A stretch of DNA of 63,471 nt, counting the filler, from Choristocarpus tenellus KU-1152 (Eukaryota; Protista; Phaeophyceae), in assembly GCA_964200185.2 (NCBI GenBank). It is 13 parts of 13 records of this genome, joined end to end, with 100 filler letters (N's around TTAATTAATTAA, not from the genome) between each part and the next. Parts side by side here need not be neighbours in the genome. Positions count along the whole stretch, not along the records: positions 10,902 to 13,649 come from CAXNAD020025086.1; positions 13,750 to 23,344 come from CAXNAD020003548.1; positions 23,445 to 29,842 come from CAXNAD020008220.1; positions 29,943 to 33,976 come from CAXNAD020016567.1; 9 more parts are not named here. The stretch is one strand, 5' to 3'. The position numbers and the translations under genes are program-made. How positions within the stretch are numbered: the stretch's first letter is position 1; each line of letters opens with the position of its first letter. The notes beneath the pieces are model-generated. The model was not told the origin of the DNA, made no database searches, and was given only the letters and a program-made list of their open reading frames with translations. This document shows, in pieces, positions 11,931 to 29,969 of the stretch.

Positions 11931-14294
11931 TGAGTATATGACGAGAACATTGGAATCAGAGACATGATCTAAATGTGTACACCACCTTGAAGTACAAGAT
12001 ATTCAGAGCATGTTTGTTGTACATGCGGCAACATTTGTCAGGTGTCAAAGATGTTCCGCTCTAGTCAAGTAATTCAAATCATTTAGGAGTTCTGCGTGTT
12101 GGAACCATGGGTCTATCTCAGACGTGTTTCACTCACAGATCAAATGCATGCTTCTAGATAAGACACATGTCGTCAGCAAAGATGAAGTTATTGATACTGC
12201 ATACTGTAGTTAAGAAAATTCTAAAATATTACCCTTGCTGATCAATTACCAAAATGTCAACGACTGACTGCCACAAGGCACACCCAATAAGGAAGTTCCA
12301 CCATGTGTAATAAATAACAGGTGAAATGAGGAATAGGGAAGATGAGGTGATCAAGGAATGAGGTGTGAGATGCTATGCTTCAGGGGACAGGGGGGAGATT
12401 GAGAGCTGTATTGATCCAGAGGTGCTTTGTGAGAGCTGCTGTCATTCATAATCCTGCACAGGGTGGAAGGGTGGTCCTTGTACCAGTGCTACTTCTAGTA
12501 GGTTTTGAAAAATACTGGGGGGGGTATATGATGTCCATCTTTAAAGTTTTGAAAATGCTTCCAGAGTGAGGACCTCATAGGTTGACAATCTAAGCTAGAG
12601 TATTTTCTTCTGGAAAACAACTTTTTGTTTGTATCTATAGAGACAATGTAAGTGCTCCTCCTAGAAATATTGGACGAATCAGAGAGAGACACAATCTAAG
12701 AGAGGGGGCAATGGAGTTTAGTTTGAAGGATTCTTAAGTTGTGGTATATGTGTCATGAGCACCATAGAGGGTGCTTTCGGCTAACAATCTTCTTCAACGG
12801 CCATGCCCTCTTAAGGGGGGTAAAGCACAGATCGGATATGGGCACATTGCATTACACATCATTTGAAAAGATCACTTAAAGGGCCAAAATCGACCCCCAA
12901 CTTAATGGTTTCACTCAAACCCCTCCAGATTATAAGACACTCACAATTGACTTACTCTATGTGGTCTATGGGCTACAAGGGTATTCCTGTAGCTCAAATG
13001 AAAAACAAAATCACCAAGCAACCAGTTGCAAGCAAGGGGAAGTATCGCCAGCAGGTTGTTGAAGGGGTCCACATTTCAATTCTCGGTAAAAGCTCGATTT
13101 GAGCAGCACCCTTAAAGAGATCAAAATACTTCGTTGTGTTCCATTCAGGGGTAAGCGGTCTTGTCAACAGTGTTGCCTGCAAGTCCTTGTTACCATGGCA
13201 GCTACCTTTCACAAATAGGCTGTCAACCCTCCCCATTCCAGAGCATGGTAACTCCCATCTATTGTGGGCCAAACACCTATAGCATGCGTGTGCTGGCATT
13301 GTGGTCCTTCGCAGTCTCAAGTCTTCAAGCAACTATCACAACATCCTTGGGCTGCAAACCCTGCCGGCTGTCTCACCATTCAGACTTGGCGATGCTCCAG
13401 TGCACTAAATTGTACTTCACAAATCCCACCTCAACTGCTGGACTTATCCTCCACCTTCTTGAACTAAGCTGATTCAAATATTCATACCTACTGCAAGACA
13501 GAGAAAATTTGAGGTAACTATCAAACTCCCACTATAGATAGCTCCTGAGTGCAAGCATTATTATGCAAACCTGCACACCTGTCACAAGCTCCTGCACCCC
13601 AAAAGAAGCCCCCCTGGTAAGGCAGCCGATTTCCTCCGCTCCTTGCACCNNNNNNNNNNNNNNNNNNNNNNNNNNNNNNNNNNNNNNNNNNNNTTAATTA
13701 ATTAANNNNNNNNNNNNNNNNNNNNNNNNNNNNNNNNNNNNNNNNNNNNGGTGAAGGGGGGGTTGACAATCAATGGGATATAATATATATATATATTTAT
13801 TTATTTGGAGCACCACCTGAGTAAGAGTGTGTAATCTTTTGTTGACACACGTCTATGTAGTGTTTTATGTGAGCTAAAAAGGTAACATGACACCAAAAAT
13901 TTAACACTGTGCCTAACCCTAAATTACATTCTGACGTTCAAGAACGCTCTCCTTTGGCACTCCTTGGCACTCCTTGGTACTGTGTTTGAGGGTTGTACTA
14001 CTGGAATGAAACTTTGGGAGCAGGTAAACAAGTCAAAGACCTATCCTTCGAAGAGAAATAGTTGGCCGGAACCTGCACTATAATTCGTAATTTGAAATGG
14101 GACCGAATTTTCACTCCTCCCCCCAAGAGTATTGGATTCTAACTTTGCATTTCCTTCCTTTTTGTTACAATGGGGAATACGTACCGCCTTCTGACTGCTG
14201 TCCAACCCCCACATCCCCCCAACCCTGTGCTATCTTTGATTGTGCTTACCTCTTACTCTGTGGGACGGGGGTGGGTGGGTGGGGGGTATACTAG

Positions 14295-16300
14295 TTGTGT
14301 GATTGGCGAGAACGACCCCTTTCCGAAGAAAAGGTAATTTATGCTCGCAGTGACAGTCATTACCTCATCCCTCTATGGTACGTATTACGAGAACGCCTCT
14401 TGGTTGTGGATACTGGGGAAGACCCTGCCGCCATCGCCAACAGTGATGCTGTTGTTTCGCCAGGGTCAGCCCCTGAGACAATCACCAAGGTGACTGCACC
14501 TGGTGCAACTCCTCCAGTGGAGACAATGGACTCATCGCAAACAGGCTTGATTGATGGTGTTGATCCGGGGTCCGACGCTGGTCTGATGGGGAGTGTTGGC
14601 AGTGTGAAGGTAGTGGATGGTACAGAAATCGCGGTGAGTGATCTCATAGCCACGCCACCAGGGAAGGTGGCTGTGTCGAGAGGGCGCTTCTTGCATGGGT
14701 CACCGGCAGAATCTGCCATGACTGCTGAGGCGGCTGCGTCAGTGGCGGCACTTTCAGGAGAAGAGGACGAATGGGCAGGGGAGTGGGACAGTCCAGAGAC
14801 GTGGCACAAGTTTGTGCGGAGTAGATCTGGGTCCCTCTACCGATCAAGACTTGAAAGTATTGATGAGGCAGAGGTTGAGGATGGGGGAGGGCAAGGTAGG
14901 GAGGAGAGAGACAACAGGAGAGGGTTGAAGACTATAATGTGGGAATCGATTTCGAAGGAGGTGGAGGAGGTGGAGGAGGTGGAAGAAGATGGTGAACAGG
15001 AGGAGGATGAGGATGAAGACATGTGGGAGGATTGGGGTGTGGAGGGAGGTGTGACTGCATTGGTTGAGACCACAGGGCAAATGGTGTTAGAGGCAGCAGG
15101 TGTTGCCCCTTCCCCTGTCAATGAAACCACAGGAGAGAGCACAAGAATGGAAGACCTAGGTGATGAAGTCATCATTAGGGAATCTCTGACGCGTCTCCCC
15201 CCTGATATACCGGGGTTGTCATGTGAAGAGGAGGAAGTTGATGTTCTGTCTGTGGGGATTGTTGGTGCTGAAGGACAGGTGTGTCCCATCAGTAGAAGTC
15301 CAGTGGAGGAAAGTGGCACTGATGATGGGTTAGGGGTACATCTGCAGGCACAACAGCTTCGGGAGAGTGACCAGTACGGCACTGAGGTGTCATGCAATGA
15401 ACACCCTCTGCTTCACACAGAAGGGGCACAGTTGTTGTGGAGGGCCCTTACGCGAGCTCAGTCAGCAGCAGCGGCAAGGTGGAAGCTCGCCCCACCCCCC
15501 CAGAGGCAGGATGCACATAAAGAAAAGCACTTCCGGACGGCAGTCCAGAGACTCAAGCCACCGCGGTGGACTAAGGTCAATGTGAAGGTCTTCGAGGAGG
15601 TGAGTGGGGTGGACAGGGGATCACGTCATTTTTGAGATGGGGAGAGGGTGTGTATGTGCAAGATTTAGGTTGGTCTCTAGGTGGTGGGATGGGAGTGTAT
15701 TTGTGGGCCTGCACTGGGCTGCCTGTGCTTTTGAGCTAATGAGTTCTGCCTTGCAAACATGTCGACACCAACAGTACATTGGATTCTTGGTGATATCCCT
15801 CTCCTGGCTCGCCACACTGTTACCTAAAACATGAAACAGAAAATGACTGATGGAATCGTGTATATGTCACATTTACTGTTGCAGATATATTTGTGGAGGG
15901 ACAGGACTGCCCGCCGCCTGGATGAAGGGGTTTCATATATTTGTTCAGGCGATGTCTTGATTGATGTGGCATTGGCGCTCCCTATCACCCGAGACAGCCT
16001 CCGCAAGGTTTCCATTCCAGTGTCACCTGTGTTGGGGGACTCAGATACACCTGAGGCAGTGGAGCTACTTAGTGTGATTAAAGAGACCCTGGAGGTAGAG
16101 GAGGGGCAGGTGGCACCTGTTGCTGTGGCAAGCGAGGATGGAGGGATTGGGGGGAGGAGTGATGGAGCAGAAGGAGATGTAACTCAAGATAAGGCCGGAA
16201 TTGGAAGTACAACGAAGGTGTTGGTTGGAGAGGTTGAAGGGTTAATATTGGGGGGGGTTGATGGGACAGACACTTTGTCAGGAGGACTGCCTGAGGGCAC
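14295..16300 (+). CDS. RRP6-like 3'-5' exoribonuclease (DEDDy + HRDC), partial; exons 14295-15599 and 15885-16300
   Basis: CDWRERPLSEEKVIYARSDSHYLIPLWYVLR is the ExoIII motif (DWRxRPL...YAxxDxHYL) of RRP6/EXOSC10. IYLWRDRTARRLDEGVSYIC...LIDVALALP is the HRDC domain. Phase-0 GT-AG intron; ends at donor GTAAGT (16301) or TAA (16302-16304). Confidence 0.88.
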
Positions 16301-18842
16301 GTAAGTTACTGCTATGATGGAAGGAGAGCCTGACGAGGGGGATCTGCTGGGGCAAGTACCCAGACAATGCCTGTGGTGGAGGAATAGCAAGGGTTAAATG
16401 ATAAGAGGCAGGGTAGGACTGAGTGGGGTGAGGGACAGGGTCTTCACTCTTGAGGTGGAATGTGTTGGCTGCTCTTGTTGAGTTGACTGCTGTTGGCGTG
16501 GTTATTGTGGAACAAGTTTGATGTTGGTTTGCTACTAGATGGATGACTTTTCTTGTTGTGTCAGACATGAATGTTGTACAGAGGATGTTCATCGTCAGAG
16601 CTACGATTCCTGTATTTGTTGTTTATATGAGCATTTCATGAACCCAAGCGACCTGCCTCATGCAGTAGATATGATGGAAATAGTAAAGGTAATGTACTGA
16701 TGTACTCAAAGGAGTAACTGATAAAAAGGGATGAGCAAGGTTCAAGTTCTGTCGGTATAGGCAGTTTGACAGCTTCCATGATGACATCCCTTGTAGCTCC
16801 ATGGTTAAACAGATGGTCCTCCCTGCATTTATTTCGTGAGTTCACACCTCTTTGATGCTATATTTATTTTCGCGGGATTGTGGTTTCAATGATCCGAAAG
16901 TTCACACTGCAGGCACTACTGATTGTCCACCTGCATTTTTCTATCTGCTGATACACGTTAAATGAGAGAAACCCAGAAACGATAACCAAGGCGTCATTGC
17001 TGAGTGAGGCCAAGGGGAACCCAGCAAAACATTCTAGGGAGGAGGTGGAGTGAAGAGCGGTGGAATCGTGGCTGAACCCAACATCTGAGAAGCAAGCATC
17101 AATGGAGGACAATTGTATGTATATACAGTGCATCAGTCGGGCACAGTGACAGATAGTATGAGAAGCAGTGCAGTGTATAGTGTGTCTGACCACGGGTTGG
17201 GATAGTCACTGGACTAATTCAATGAAGAATGATGGATGGCATAAAAAGGGAAAGTGTTTTTGCTTGTAGAGCTGTTTTTGTTGGAATATAGGGTAATGTA
17301 ACACTGGCAGAGTTACCTGAACAACCCCCGCAAAATTTGATGCTGTTTGAAAGCAAGAATTTCGGGTTATTTGTCAAAAACAGACTCATGGTTGGCATTA
17401 ATTTGATGCACCACATGTTGTCAATGTGGTTCACATAGACTACTGCAGATATTCATGGCTCCTATTTCACATGGGAGGAAAAAAATCTAGCAGGAGCAGT
17501 CAAGTGACAAAGAGCATTGGACAGATCATATGCTATTGGGTTTTAATTGTGTCTGTATTTTTTTTACTCAGCTGGATAATTTTCAAGCAATATCAAAATA
17601 GACATGGAGCCGTCAACGTCAAGTTAAATCCTACATTCCAAAAAGGGTTTTCACCGTTAGATCTATGTGGGTGAGTTCCGACTGTCTTGACCCTGTCGTT
17701 GCCTGCTATGTAGTACTCGAAGATAATATTATGATATGATGCACTGTTTGCCCTTCCACAAGGAAGAAGGGCCATGGCTAGATTCCGTTACAGACTATCT
17801 TGGAGGTTCATACTGGGTTGAACAGTTGGGTTGCTCTTGTTTCCCTCTGGAAGATCATGTTGTTGACCAGACTATTCTCAGCAGCTCACAGTAGGTTGTG
17901 ATCCAACAACACATTGAAATGATTGTACTAGTAATTCATAGAGTGCAGGAAGATAAACAGAAATAATTATATTAGTAATAATTCGTAGGGAGCGGGATAT
18001 TGGTTAGGACAGGTGAATGATCCTTCTTCTGTGGTAGACTAACAAGTCACCAGTGGGTGGAGGTGGGAATGGAATCATTTGTAGCTGACTCGTAAGGCAA
18101 GAAGTACCACGCATGGCTGCCAAGTCCCGTTTTTTGGAGACCCCCAGTGCTATGGTTGGGATATATACCTCCAAAACATGTTTGCAGCAAAGGTCAAATG
18201 CCTTTGTCTGGAGCTGACCCCCAGGTCACTGCACTTAACACAACTCTAATGCGGTTGCTGAGGGGGGTATGTAGGTTCTCCGCATTTAATTTGTTGTTCC
18301 AACAAAGGCCCTCATGTCAAATGGTGTAATGAGGTGCTCTGCGTGTATGCCATCAACCTCCGTTGGACGTCAAAAAAAGAAGTGAAGTAACCGTGGGATC
18401 AACAAGGTCACGAGGGGTCAGGACAGGGTTCTGGACAAGGATCTGTTAGTCCAGAAAAACGCAAGAAATTTTCCTGGAACAAAAATGGAGAGATCCTAGA
18501 CCTAACAAAAGGGTTGGTGCAACAGTCTGTGGCGAGGCAGTTTTATATCTTAGTCAAGGTATCCTGGAGGGGAGTTCCATTGATCATAAGGCGCCTCTGT
18601 GACAGCCTTCTTCAAGGGGACAAATATTTTTTAATTAATCAAGTTAGACAAAAGAATCTGGAAGAGTGTCAAGCAGGAGGGATTGGCAAATAAAGTGAAG
18701 ACCACAAAAAAATCGATGTACCCTGGCAGCTAAGTCAGCACTTTTTGTTCACTCCATTGCTAGGTGCTTACCGTACAGCTCTGCAGAATGAATATTTCTA
18801 TGGGTTTCCACTCCTTTCCACTCCTGTCCACTGCTTCCACCT

Positions 18843-19102
18843 GAGTCAAAGAATCTTGGAGGGTAGAGCCACGTCCGTTTGGTGGTCAAAAACCAATGTT
18901 GCAATTTTGATTGTATTTTTGTCGATCATGTTTGCTAGGAAGTGTCAATATCCTTGTTCCGGACACATCTTTCCATGATGCATACATTTTACCTACTCCA
19001 AAACATTTCGGAGTAGGAAAATGTCGTGAATAACCCGTGGGCAGCCAAGCCCCAAATGGACAAACAGGCCAAAAATTGTACCTTTGAAAGATACTCCCAC
19101 TC
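18843..19102 (+). mobile_element. MITE family 1, diverged full copy
   Basis: GAGTCAAAGAATCTTGGAGGGTA...TACCTTTGAAAGATACTCCCACTC with the conserved internal hairpin. Confidence 0.85.
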
Positions 19103-20400
19103 TCTGATATCTCATTCTACGAAGGTGGAGGACATCATTGATGTTGCCGAATATTTTAATGACATAAGTCAAGTTTACCAGTTACCAAATTGACACAAAG
19201 AAAAAATAAGGGTTCTTGGTGTGAAGGCAATCGAGAAACTGCTCACCTGTAACCTGGAGCTGATAAATGTGTAGAAAATTTGAAGGTTTCAGCATGGGAC
19301 AATTGGGTTTGGAATTACGTGTCACATCACGGTCTAGTGAAAGTCCTCACAAAGCAAGGCAGGGGGAGTCATTGATGCTACCATAGCAGCCGATGTAGAG
19401 GCAATTCACAAACTGTTTGCGGAGTAATGCAGCCTGGATTACTGATGAAGGGATCATCCTCTTTTAGCCTGCACTATAATAAGTGTAGAGCCCATTATGG
19501 GATATGGCGACTTATCAAGTAGCCACCTTACAGTGGGCACCGTAATCAATTATGATGATTATTTCTCTTCGCTTTAGCTTAGAGACTATCCTAACCTGTT
19601 GTTAGAGGCACTACACACTGCACTATTCCTCATACTACCTACTGTAACAACTATTGGTATGTTCTAGGACTGAACTCCTATCCGTGCAGCATGGTGGCCT
19701 TGGTCAGTGAGGGACGAAAATCAGTAGTGAGAGAGAGGTCATTCTAGCTACACGGACTGTTTTCATGATGGCAGAGAGTGATGTAAAAGGGATGGGACAT
19801 GCAGACCCTCTACTACCGTGAGCCCATTGCAGTGGATACAACGTAATTGAGGTTTAGGAGGCAAGGCTAGCTTGACAATTTTCCCTTTCAGTTGCTGAGT
19901 ACTTTGTACTTTCCAGTGGGAGCGATGATATCGAACGAGAAGACAGGACATGGTGTTGGACTTGCTTGACAATGAAGCACCAGCTGTTCGCATGAGAAGA
20001 AAACCATGAGCAGGGTTGCATGGTCAACCCACTGACGAAAGTGAGGATCTCCCTCAAAGTTAGTTTGAGCACGGTCACGTGAAATATACTCCAAACGAGT
20101 CAATGGGCAAACGCTGGAAAGGGGAAGAAGACAAAATCAGTGGTGGGAACGGCAAGTTGTAGGTGACCCTACTAGGAGGGATGGAACAGACATGGAGCAG
20201 ACAGGTAGGTATAGGTAGGTATCCTTCAAGGATTAATGATTTTGTCTTCATAGACACAAGCGCCTGCACCGAAGGGAGTGGAGGAGAAGAAGAACGAGAC
20301 AAGCTCATCCTTGATGCATATGGATGTGATGAGATGATGTGCACAATGATGGTGCACAACTGCTGCATTACCTGTGATGCACAAATTTGAACCCATCAAA
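19103..20400 (+). mobile_element. Degenerate LINE (RTE-like) reverse transcriptase C-terminal remnant
   Basis: Broken frames read EDIIDVAEYFNDISQVYQL..DTKK, PIMGYG and GMGHA, loosely in the order of RT thumb and WxGH motifs; many stops. Confidence 0.3.
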
Positions 20401-20633
20401 ACATTTTTCAGCACACCGAAAGACCATGGCTCGCATACTGTGTGAGTCCCAAAGGAGAGAGACATTACCTCGACCACATTCTCATACGTCAAGTCGATGG
20501 ACTATACTTTTGTAGAGTGGCTCTATGAAAAGTAGAAGGGGAGTTTTAGACATAATGCCACCCAAGGTTGTGACAACGACCAACATTGAACACGAAACAT
20601 ATCGACCTACGTTATTACTTGAGGAATTGTACC

Positions 20634-22263
20634 ATGTCGTTCGGCTTCCTCTCTGAATCGGCCCTCCTACCTTCCCAGTCTAAGGTAACATAATTCCAGA
20701 CTTTCTTATCTATATACACATCGTTGTTTCTTCTGTCTATTGCCCTGTGGCCGCCAAGGCATTGGTCTGTTGCGTGGAATTCCCCAAATATGTAGGTGGT
20801 AGTCGTGTAGACAGTGTATCGAACCACTTCGCACTCCATACCATTGCTTGCTCATACCCCTAACCCATATTTTTGTCTTGATCAAATTTGTTAACCCATC
20901 TTCCACGGTCCACGGTCCACGGTCCTCTATTTGCAGTCAATCAGAGTGGATGGTCGCTCGCTCGTGGATCTCAAAGCTGTTGTGTATGCAAAGGAGCAAA
21001 AGGTGAAGCAGGGAGGTAGTACAGAGTCAGGTCATGAAGGTCTGCGCGGGCTACGAGGGAAACGTGCATCGGCTGCTGCAGCAAGCAATGCGGAGAAGTC
21101 TAGAAAAGACGTTTTTGCTCGTAGCAATCGGGGAGTTGAAGATCGATCAGGGAAGGACGAGAAGGAGTTTGAGAGCGGGAAGCGGAAGAGAAAAAACTCG
21201 GAGAAAACTATGCTCGCGAAGGCCAGGCTCTACGAAAAGCTTGGTGAGAATCGCCTCTAACTGGTACTGGAAACTTTATCTGCTCGTACTCTAGTACAGT
21301 AGTAAATTAAGTAGCACCAGTAGAGTTCCATTTGCTATAAAACAACCCATATGTTTGCTTTGTTGTATATGTTATGTATCTTGTAATCATGAGGGTGTTG
21401 TATCTTAGTCAGATGTTGCTTGTCATGCTTACTACAGTAATGCTCTCAATGTGTCTTCCCCCTTATCCCCAGGCTGCCCAACATAGCGACGACCTATGAC
21501 AACGATTTTTTGGGGGGGCATTGTATTATATTCCAGCTTAGACCTATCTATAGTGCAGTGATCTTGTTTGAAACCATTTTGCTGCTACTCTGGCATATTC
21601 GCTTCCAATTTCCATCCTTCATGCCCCACCCACCGCTGTACTCTAACCCTGCCTCCGTCTCCATTCCCCTCCCCTCTCCTTTTTACCTCACCAATAGCCA
21701 AAGGTGAGGCAGGAGGCTCAGATGCAGGCTGCCTCGTAGATTTTAATCGAAAATCTGGCGAGGACCTTGTCCTCCTGAATACAGGCAAGGGTGGGGTTAG
21801 GGAAGGGAAACAATTGAGTGGCAGTGACAGTGGCGGTGGCAGCGATGGCGGTGGCAGCAGCGACGTGGATATCACTGATGAGTTTGGACGAGACCGAATC
21901 GTGCGGCGTGGGGGAAGGCAACACCGGGAGTGGCTAATGGCGAGGAAGGCAGATTTAGAGCAAACGGCTAAGCAATCTGCAGAGGCTGCAGCCTTTGATG
22001 AACGCTACTCCTATCGAGGAAACACAGGAGCTGGACCCAGGATAAGCGCTGTTGGGGAAGGGAGCAATATTGGAATTGGTCAAGCGAGATCTTCTGGTTC
22101 ATGGGTGTGGGGTACGGGTGAGGGAAGGGTGGATGCTGGAGACTTTGAGACCAGGCAGGGGGTGGAGCAACGTGAGGGTAAGAAGATTGCAGAGTTGCTG
22201 GAGCGAGAAGGCGTTGTGGGTGGACAGCATGAAATGGGGGGAGAGACAGAGCCTATGTCAAAG
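20634..22263 (+). CDS. CCDC174: CCDC174 (DUF4078) family coiled-coil protein, 5' part; exons 20634-20684, 20937-21243, 21698-22263
   Basis: MSFGFLSESALLPSQSK / SIRVDGRSLVDLKAVVY...SNRGVEDR...AKARLYEKL / CLVDF...VDITDEFGRDR. Motifs SLVDLKA, NxGV, KAxLYEK, LVDF and DxxGRxR characterise the family; splice phases are consistent. Confidence 0.82.
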
Positions 22264-22290
22264 GTGGGAAATAGGACCTTCTGATCTTGT

Positions 22291-22323
<33 letters not shown>

Positions 22324-23739
22324 GGGTGGGGGGCGGGGGGGACGAGGAAGCTTTGTTTTTGTTACGTGTACTCGAGGTCTTTTGAGTCAAGAACGTGTTG
22401 ACGTCGTCGATACACACATAAGAAGGCACAAGGCAAATCATATTCAGGGCAAGCACACTGCCTTGACCTAGGGGTAGGGAATGAAGGGCAAGAACGAAAT
22501 GCATATCCTGGAGTGGTTTATTGTGCAATATACTTTCGTAGTTTTTGTTTTTATTGGTACGCAGAACTCAGTATGTTTCAGCTGGGGGGGCGCCCCCAAA
22601 GTTGCGCAATGCGTTGTATACACAGCACAAGGATTGGAAGAGATTGGTGGAATATCTGCCCCATCGCTGTACCTGACTTTATATAGAATATCCATGAGCA
22701 TTGGCACTGTACCTGACGATGACGGGGGGATAGGAAGATAGGGTGAGAGGGGCATAAGCTTGTCGACTGGTTGCACTCCCAGATTTAATACAAAAATTAC
22801 GAATGTTGCAATGTCAACAGTTTACCGGGTACATATGATGCTTGCTGTTGAATTCAAGATCAGGACGGTATCATGAAGAGGTTCTCCCGAGGCCGAATGG
22901 CGTGCCGGAAATTGGGATACTGTGTAAGATTGAAATCACCGAAGAAATTTCCCGGAATGCGACAGGACAGGGTTGGCAGTCCCGTGGACAGTCCCTTGGA
23001 AAAGGTGTACCTTTTGTTGGTAACTGTGTAGTGGAAAATAGAAAGGGTGGATGGAAGTGGAAAAGAACAGTGGTGACTAGGTCGATACCAGAACTGCGAA
23101 TGCTTCATCCTTTTGCTTGAAACACACAGTTCCAGCTACTTCAGTGCCTGGGGTACAAGTATAGGGAATAGGGATTCCGAAGAGCTTCCCCTGGCCCATG
23201 AACATGGGATACTTTTCCTACCATATTTATTAAACATTTATTGAATATTTATTAAACATTCTTTCGACACACTGTGTGTGCCCCCCTCAGATCAGGCCCC
23301 CTGCCCTACCGCTTGCGAGGCACCCCCCCCCCCCCTGTCTTTCCNNNNNNNNNNNNNNNNNNNNNNNNNNNNNNNNNNNNNNNNNNNNTTAATTAATTAA
23401 NNNNNNNNNNNNNNNNNNNNNNNNNNNNNNNNNNNNNNNNNNNNAAAAAATCTCCAAATGTGGATTACAACATCTTTTCCCCCCCCCCCCCCCCCCCCCC
23501 CGCGCGCGCCTAACCTTTTGACACCTTAATTCCCTCTTGCAGCTCTGTCTTTCATGTAGACAGTGTCATGGAATGTGCATATCCCTTCTCTCTCAAACCT
23601 CACACCTCAACCGCTGCTATAGGCACGTGACCACTTCTTTTGCCAATTGCTCCCATTATCCTACCCCCCCCACATCCTATGCTCTACCCTTACTTTTGCC
23701 TCACCAAACCTCGCTAATGTGATGGTTCTTTCTCACAAG

Positions 23740-28564
<4,825 letters not shown>

Positions 28565-29969
28565 GTGGCTTTTTTTTTTTAGAACATCATCTGCTAGTTT
28601 TTCTCATAATAATTTTTTAAGTTTTTCAGAATTATTTGTACATTTTTTTAAAAGTTATTTGTTAATTTCGTAGTCTTTTTTTGTGGTGTAGAGACAATAA
28701 TGTTCTTAATATAACAATAGTATTTCGATGTAGAGCGTGTGCCTGTGTGATTCGTACTGGCTATTCTTAGGAGATTGTTTTGTATTCCCTTTATGTGATC
28801 GTTGCGTTTTTAATTTGAAAACCTTTTTATTATTTTTTTGTTACAATGTCGATATCTTTTCTGGATGGTTTCGTCTTACATTTAAAAAAAAAATCGAAAA
28901 ATAACTACCTGAATCCATATTTTATTTTGTCCCGTGTGCCCCCCCCCCTCCCCCCCTCCCCCCCTTCCAAAAAAAAAAGCTTTCGAAATATTTTTTTTAT
29001 ACCCAGAAGTAGTCCTGTTTCAGCTGCCTTTTGGTCTCAAATCCCCCAATGGTCCCTTCGCCCGCCTCAAGAGTAAAAGTAACCTAGAGGAGGCGTGCTT
29101 TGGTTGTTTAGACTTTTTGGGTTAGGGTTTTTTCAGTTTTGAGAATAAGAAAAATAAGTTTGAAGAAGTGCGTCGATAAGGACACCTTGCTTTTGAAAAT
29201 GAAATGTACTCACAATGCAGGTAGCCAAACATGCATTTCTTGTGTGCCTATTATTTTATTCTCTTTGCTCCAAAAAAATCACAAAAAATGACAAAATAAA
29301 AATTGTAGCTGTCATATTTGATTGTAAAAAAAAAGTGGTAATTCTTTTTTTCTCAATTTTGAATTTTTTGTGCTGTGTTTCTCCAGGTGTTCCTGTTTAA
29401 AAAATGGTTTTATGTGTAATAGGATCCAGTGCCGAAATGTCGTGCATTTCGAGTAAATAATTGTCTTTCTTCTGTGAGCGTTCGAACTGTTGACATTTTT
29501 AATTTTAATTCAGGGAAGAAAAAAAAATGCCATGTGTGACAGTGATGTCGCAACGTTTATTTTTTTTGTTTTTTTGAAATGGCTTATGTTTTATTTTTTG
29601 TCTGTATCTAACGAAATGTTTGCATTTCTAATTTTGAGATGGTAATTTATAAAAAAAAATAGTGATTTGTAGTTCTGGCGTAAGAACAGACGAATCTTGA
29701 ACATTCATTTTTAGTCTTCCTTTACTCTGGAGATTTTAACCTTACCCTCCCTACCTCTAGCCCTAACATTTTGTCCTATCTCTTCCCCGATATTGGGGCG
29801 GGGTGGGCGTGTGTGTGTTGGTGGTGTGTGTGTGTGTGTGGGNNNNNNNNNNNNNNNNNNNNNNNNNNNNNNNNNNNNNNNNNNNNTTAATTAATTAANN
29901 NNNNNNNNNNNNNNNNNNNNNNNNNNNNNNNNNNNNNNNNNNAAACCAAATTCCCGTCCTTCATACACT

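Noticed and set aside
12200-13500. Coding-like region on the minus strand
   Set aside because: Stops in all frames and no recognisable motif; cannot be assigned without a search.
14360-15397. Long antisense ORFs (also 21585-21875, 23800-24261, 53896-54797)
   Set aside because: Shadows of real exons on the opposite strand, with no independent motifs.
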